Source: Vicugna vicugna (taxonomy: Eukaryota). From it: a DNA stretch of 64,000 nucleotides. Under the pieces are notes generated by a model, which saw only the letters and a program-made list of their open reading frames with translations, was not told the DNA's origin and made no database searches. Made by a program: the position numbers and the translations under genes. Positions 60,966 to 64,000 of the stretch are shown here, in pieces. The stretch covers positions 14,269,980 through 14,333,979 of the forward strand of contig MU059330.1 in NCBI GenBank assembly GCA_013265495.1, written 5' to 3'. How positions within the stretch are numbered: the stretch's first letter is position 1; the number at the start of each line of letters is the position of its first letter.

Positions 60966-63497
60966 AAGGCGTATGAGCACGTGTTCAGGGCTGCTATTCA
61001 GTCCAGCGTCGTCCAGAAGCTGTGACTGGTCTCCAGTCCGGAACCAGCTGCCTGGCCACACGGCCTCCACGTCCTTCAAGGGGAGCAAAGCTGGGACGCA
61101 GGAGCGGTTCTTACCATGCACATGCTCGAGGGGGGCTACACCCCGAAACCGGGCGGGAGACAAATGCAGAAATATATTGGCCATGAACCCCAGCTCAACG
61201 ACCAGCTCCTCTGGCTTGAGGGGGCAGAGAGACTGCGGCCTGGCTTCAAAGCCACGGTCACAGCTGGAGACGCGAGGAGAGATGCAAGGAGGAGAGACGC
61301 ATGTCCGCTCCACAGGTGGACCCTTCACAGACCCCTAAGAACAGGGAGCTTCGGCTGGCGCATCCGGTATTGACTCCGCTCAGAATTCCAGTGGGTGTTG
61401 AGTCCAGAGGACCAAGAGCGCAGTTTCCTTTCTGTGAACAGCCTCAAGGATGTGTTGCTGTGACAAGTCTCCAGGGCGTCCCCCATGGAGAGTGGGGCTG
61501 TGCCGCCAACCACGTGGGGATGACCATTGTCCCCCTGCCACTGCTCCTGGAACCGCCTCCTTTCCCCGAAAACAGGGTGTGACCCCCTCCACGGGGGCTG
61601 CAGCTGCCTTGTGCCTCATGTGCAAAACCTCTAGGGATCTGGAAATCCTGGCTCCGTGACGGCCGCCCCCGCGGACTGGGGGAATTCCCGAGTCCCGAGA
61701 TGAGGGGCACTGAGTGGGGCAGAAGGGGACTCAGTGTGGATGGGAGTCCAAGTGAGGGTCGAGGAGGAGGAAGACAGAGGGGGAGAGAGAGGGGAGAGGG
61801 GCTCCTCTGGGGGAGGGCGGGGATGCTCCCCAGGTCCCCCAGGAGAGGCTGGTCTCTATGCTGGGCAGATGTCTGGGGCCACAGGGCCTGCAGGTCCCAT
61901 GCCCAGAGCCACGTATATGATCTAGAAGTTGCCATCACCAGGTGTCTCCCCAAAGTCAGAAACAAGCTGGACCTCTCCTCCGACACCCCATCACCAGCAA
62001 ACGTGCTCCCAGGCGCCCAGGCGCCTCTCTGCAGCCGCACCAGCTGCTCCCCCGTGGGCTGCCCCCTGCACGGCAAAGGGGCACGGCCAGGGGAGGCAGT
62101 TTAGGAGGCGCCTGGGGCTGGGCGGGGAGCAGGGGACAATGTGACATTCAGGCCAGGATGACCTGGGCCGGGGTCGGGGGCACCTGAACTCCTGCTCAGG
62201 GCTGTCAGGACACTGGACGTGGACAGGACTGGTGTGGGGTGAGGGGTGGGGGAGGCTTGCGGTCATCACGCACTGGACAGAACTGGACCATGCGGGAAAA
62301 GGCAAGGGGTGGGACTTGAGAAACCCCAAGGCGGGGAGAGGGAGAAGCACCAGGGTCAAGGGTCAAAGGTCAAGCGTGCTGCAGGGTGATGGCAGTGAGG
62401 GCTGGGGGGAAGAAGAGGAAGGAGGCAGGTGGGGCAGCAGGTGGAGGGGGAACAGTGGCCTCAGGTGGCAGAGAACGCCGGGGCCTCTTTAACCAAGTCG
62501 GGGGTGGGGCTTCTGGCAATGCAGGACTGAGGGCTGGCGGGGGTGCACCTGCCCCGGGCTCCTCATCAGAAGCACCGCGAGGGAGATGGAGGCACTTTCC
62601 GCCTGGGCTGCCGGCAGAGCGGACTGGAAAGCGCTGGGGCAGCGCGTCTGTCTGCGACGCCAGGGCGGCTTGGCGGTGGGAGTCCCGGCTGCGGCGGCTG
62701 AACAGTTTCAAATGTGACGTGCTGTTTTATGGGCTCAGTACTCCCGGCACAGTGAGGCCCACGGAGGGTTTCCATTCAGGGGCCACTGTGCACGTGGCTG
62801 TGAATTTCTGATTTTAAAGCGAAAGAGTAAGGACCACGCAGCATCCGGGCGCGGCTTCTGCACAACACACACAGGCTTTCAGCCTCCTCCTTCCAAGCTC
62901 ACACCAGGCTTCCAGATCCCTGGGCTTCGCCCATCGGTGCTTCCGGCTCAGGGCCGTGTACCCAGGCTGAGTAACCAAATGTGGAATTTACATCTAGAAA
63001 CTCAGTCGTTGGGGATCAAAGGTTCTCCTGAAATAAACATCTGTAGACCTCCCGCGGCAGCACGCTGCCATAACCTGCTTCCTGTGTCAGGCCAGAAAGC
63101 GAAAATGGCTCCTGTCTCCATGCTCACCTCCATCCTCACCTCACCCCACCACAGCTGTTCATAGTTCTGCTATCACACACCACGTGCCCTGGTCTATGGA
63201 GGTTTATTTGTTGGCAGTCACCCCCAAAAACACCCTGACCCCTGAGAGGGTCCCCAAGGACCTGCACTCGGACCTTGCCGCAGAAAGGCTGCTATGCCCG
63301 TGCAGGGGGCCTGGAAACACACATCAGGGCGACACACCACGGGCAGCTCAGCCAGTGGCAGGCCTGCAGGGCACGGTTATGAATGAGTTCCTGGGGGGGG
63401 GATCCAGGCCACCTGCTGGGGAAATAACTCCACCATGAGACCCGTGCAGGGAAACCATAACCAAGGGGAGGCCAGTGAGAAGATATATAAACACCTT

Positions 63498-63770
63498 ACA
63501 TATGTGTACACACACTCACACACACACACACGAGCACATACACACATGTGCACGAACACACATGTACACAGACATGTGCGTGTACACTGTGAACACACGT
63601 GAGTGCACACACATACACATAGATGCATATGCACAAACATGTATACACATGCACGAACATACACATGTGTGCACACGTGTGGGCCCATAGATATCTATTG
63701 TGAACATATATACACATGCATGTACACATACATACCCGTGAACACACACGTGCATGCACGCACACACACA
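63498..63770 (+). repeat. Compound (CA)n/TA/TG purine-pyrimidine low-complexity repeat
   Basis: About 270 nt of interrupted CA/TA/TG dinucleotides in NKD2 intron 3. Confidence 0.9.
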
Positions 63771-64000
63771 ATCTCCACCCCAGAAAACTGAGAAGTGGCC
63801 ATAAAGTACGCCAGGAACTTCCTCAGTGACTTCAGTTCTCAGCACCCTGGAATTCTGGTTTTAGCTTAACACTAGATCATTTTGCCGCTCATCTGCAGAC
63901 CTGACTTTCTCCCAGTCATGCCTGCTACTGGTTCTGTCTTCAGAGCTAGCAGTGAGTAACTTCACAGAAAAAGGCAAATCATGGGTGATCGAGCTTCCAA

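Noticed and set aside
63014-63022. Consensus TCF/LEF site GATCAAAGG in NKD2 intron 3
   Set aside because: An isolated 9-mer with no supporting cluster; cannot be told from chance.
63190-63440. Possible heavily diverged L1 fragment
   Set aside because: Resemblance to the recalled consensus is too weak to call without an alignment.

Overview
GC-rich eutherian genomic DNA; the species cannot be assigned, and I recognised no Alu, B1, B2 or other young SINE. It is syntenic to human 5p15.33 and holds two convergent genes. (1) SLC12A7 (K-Cl cotransporter KCC4), + strand, is complete: CpG-island exon 1 with ATG at 5851, 24 constitutive coding exons giving 3252 nt (1083 aa + TAA at 43929), a 15-nt EWGNL microexon (39761-39775, 1088-aa form), two minor-spliceosome (U12) GT-AG introns, and AATAAA at 45535. 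(2) NKD2 (naked cuticle 2, Wnt/Dishevelled antagonist), - strand, is partial: exons 4-10 (55554 to 51253), poly(A) signal at 50325-50330; exons 1-3 lie beyond the right edge. The most notable anomaly is in NKD2: a 37-nt tandem duplication in the last exon puts the poly-His tail out of frame, and the EF-hand loop reads GFDHSGKATRED instead of DFDNxGKVTRED. Also present are old L1M/MLT/ERV repeat fragments, microsatellites, minisatellites and several AT-rich, motif-dense intronic islands. Nearly all ORFs in the six-frame track are GC-content artefacts. Homology calls rest on recalled protein and repeat sequences, not database searches.
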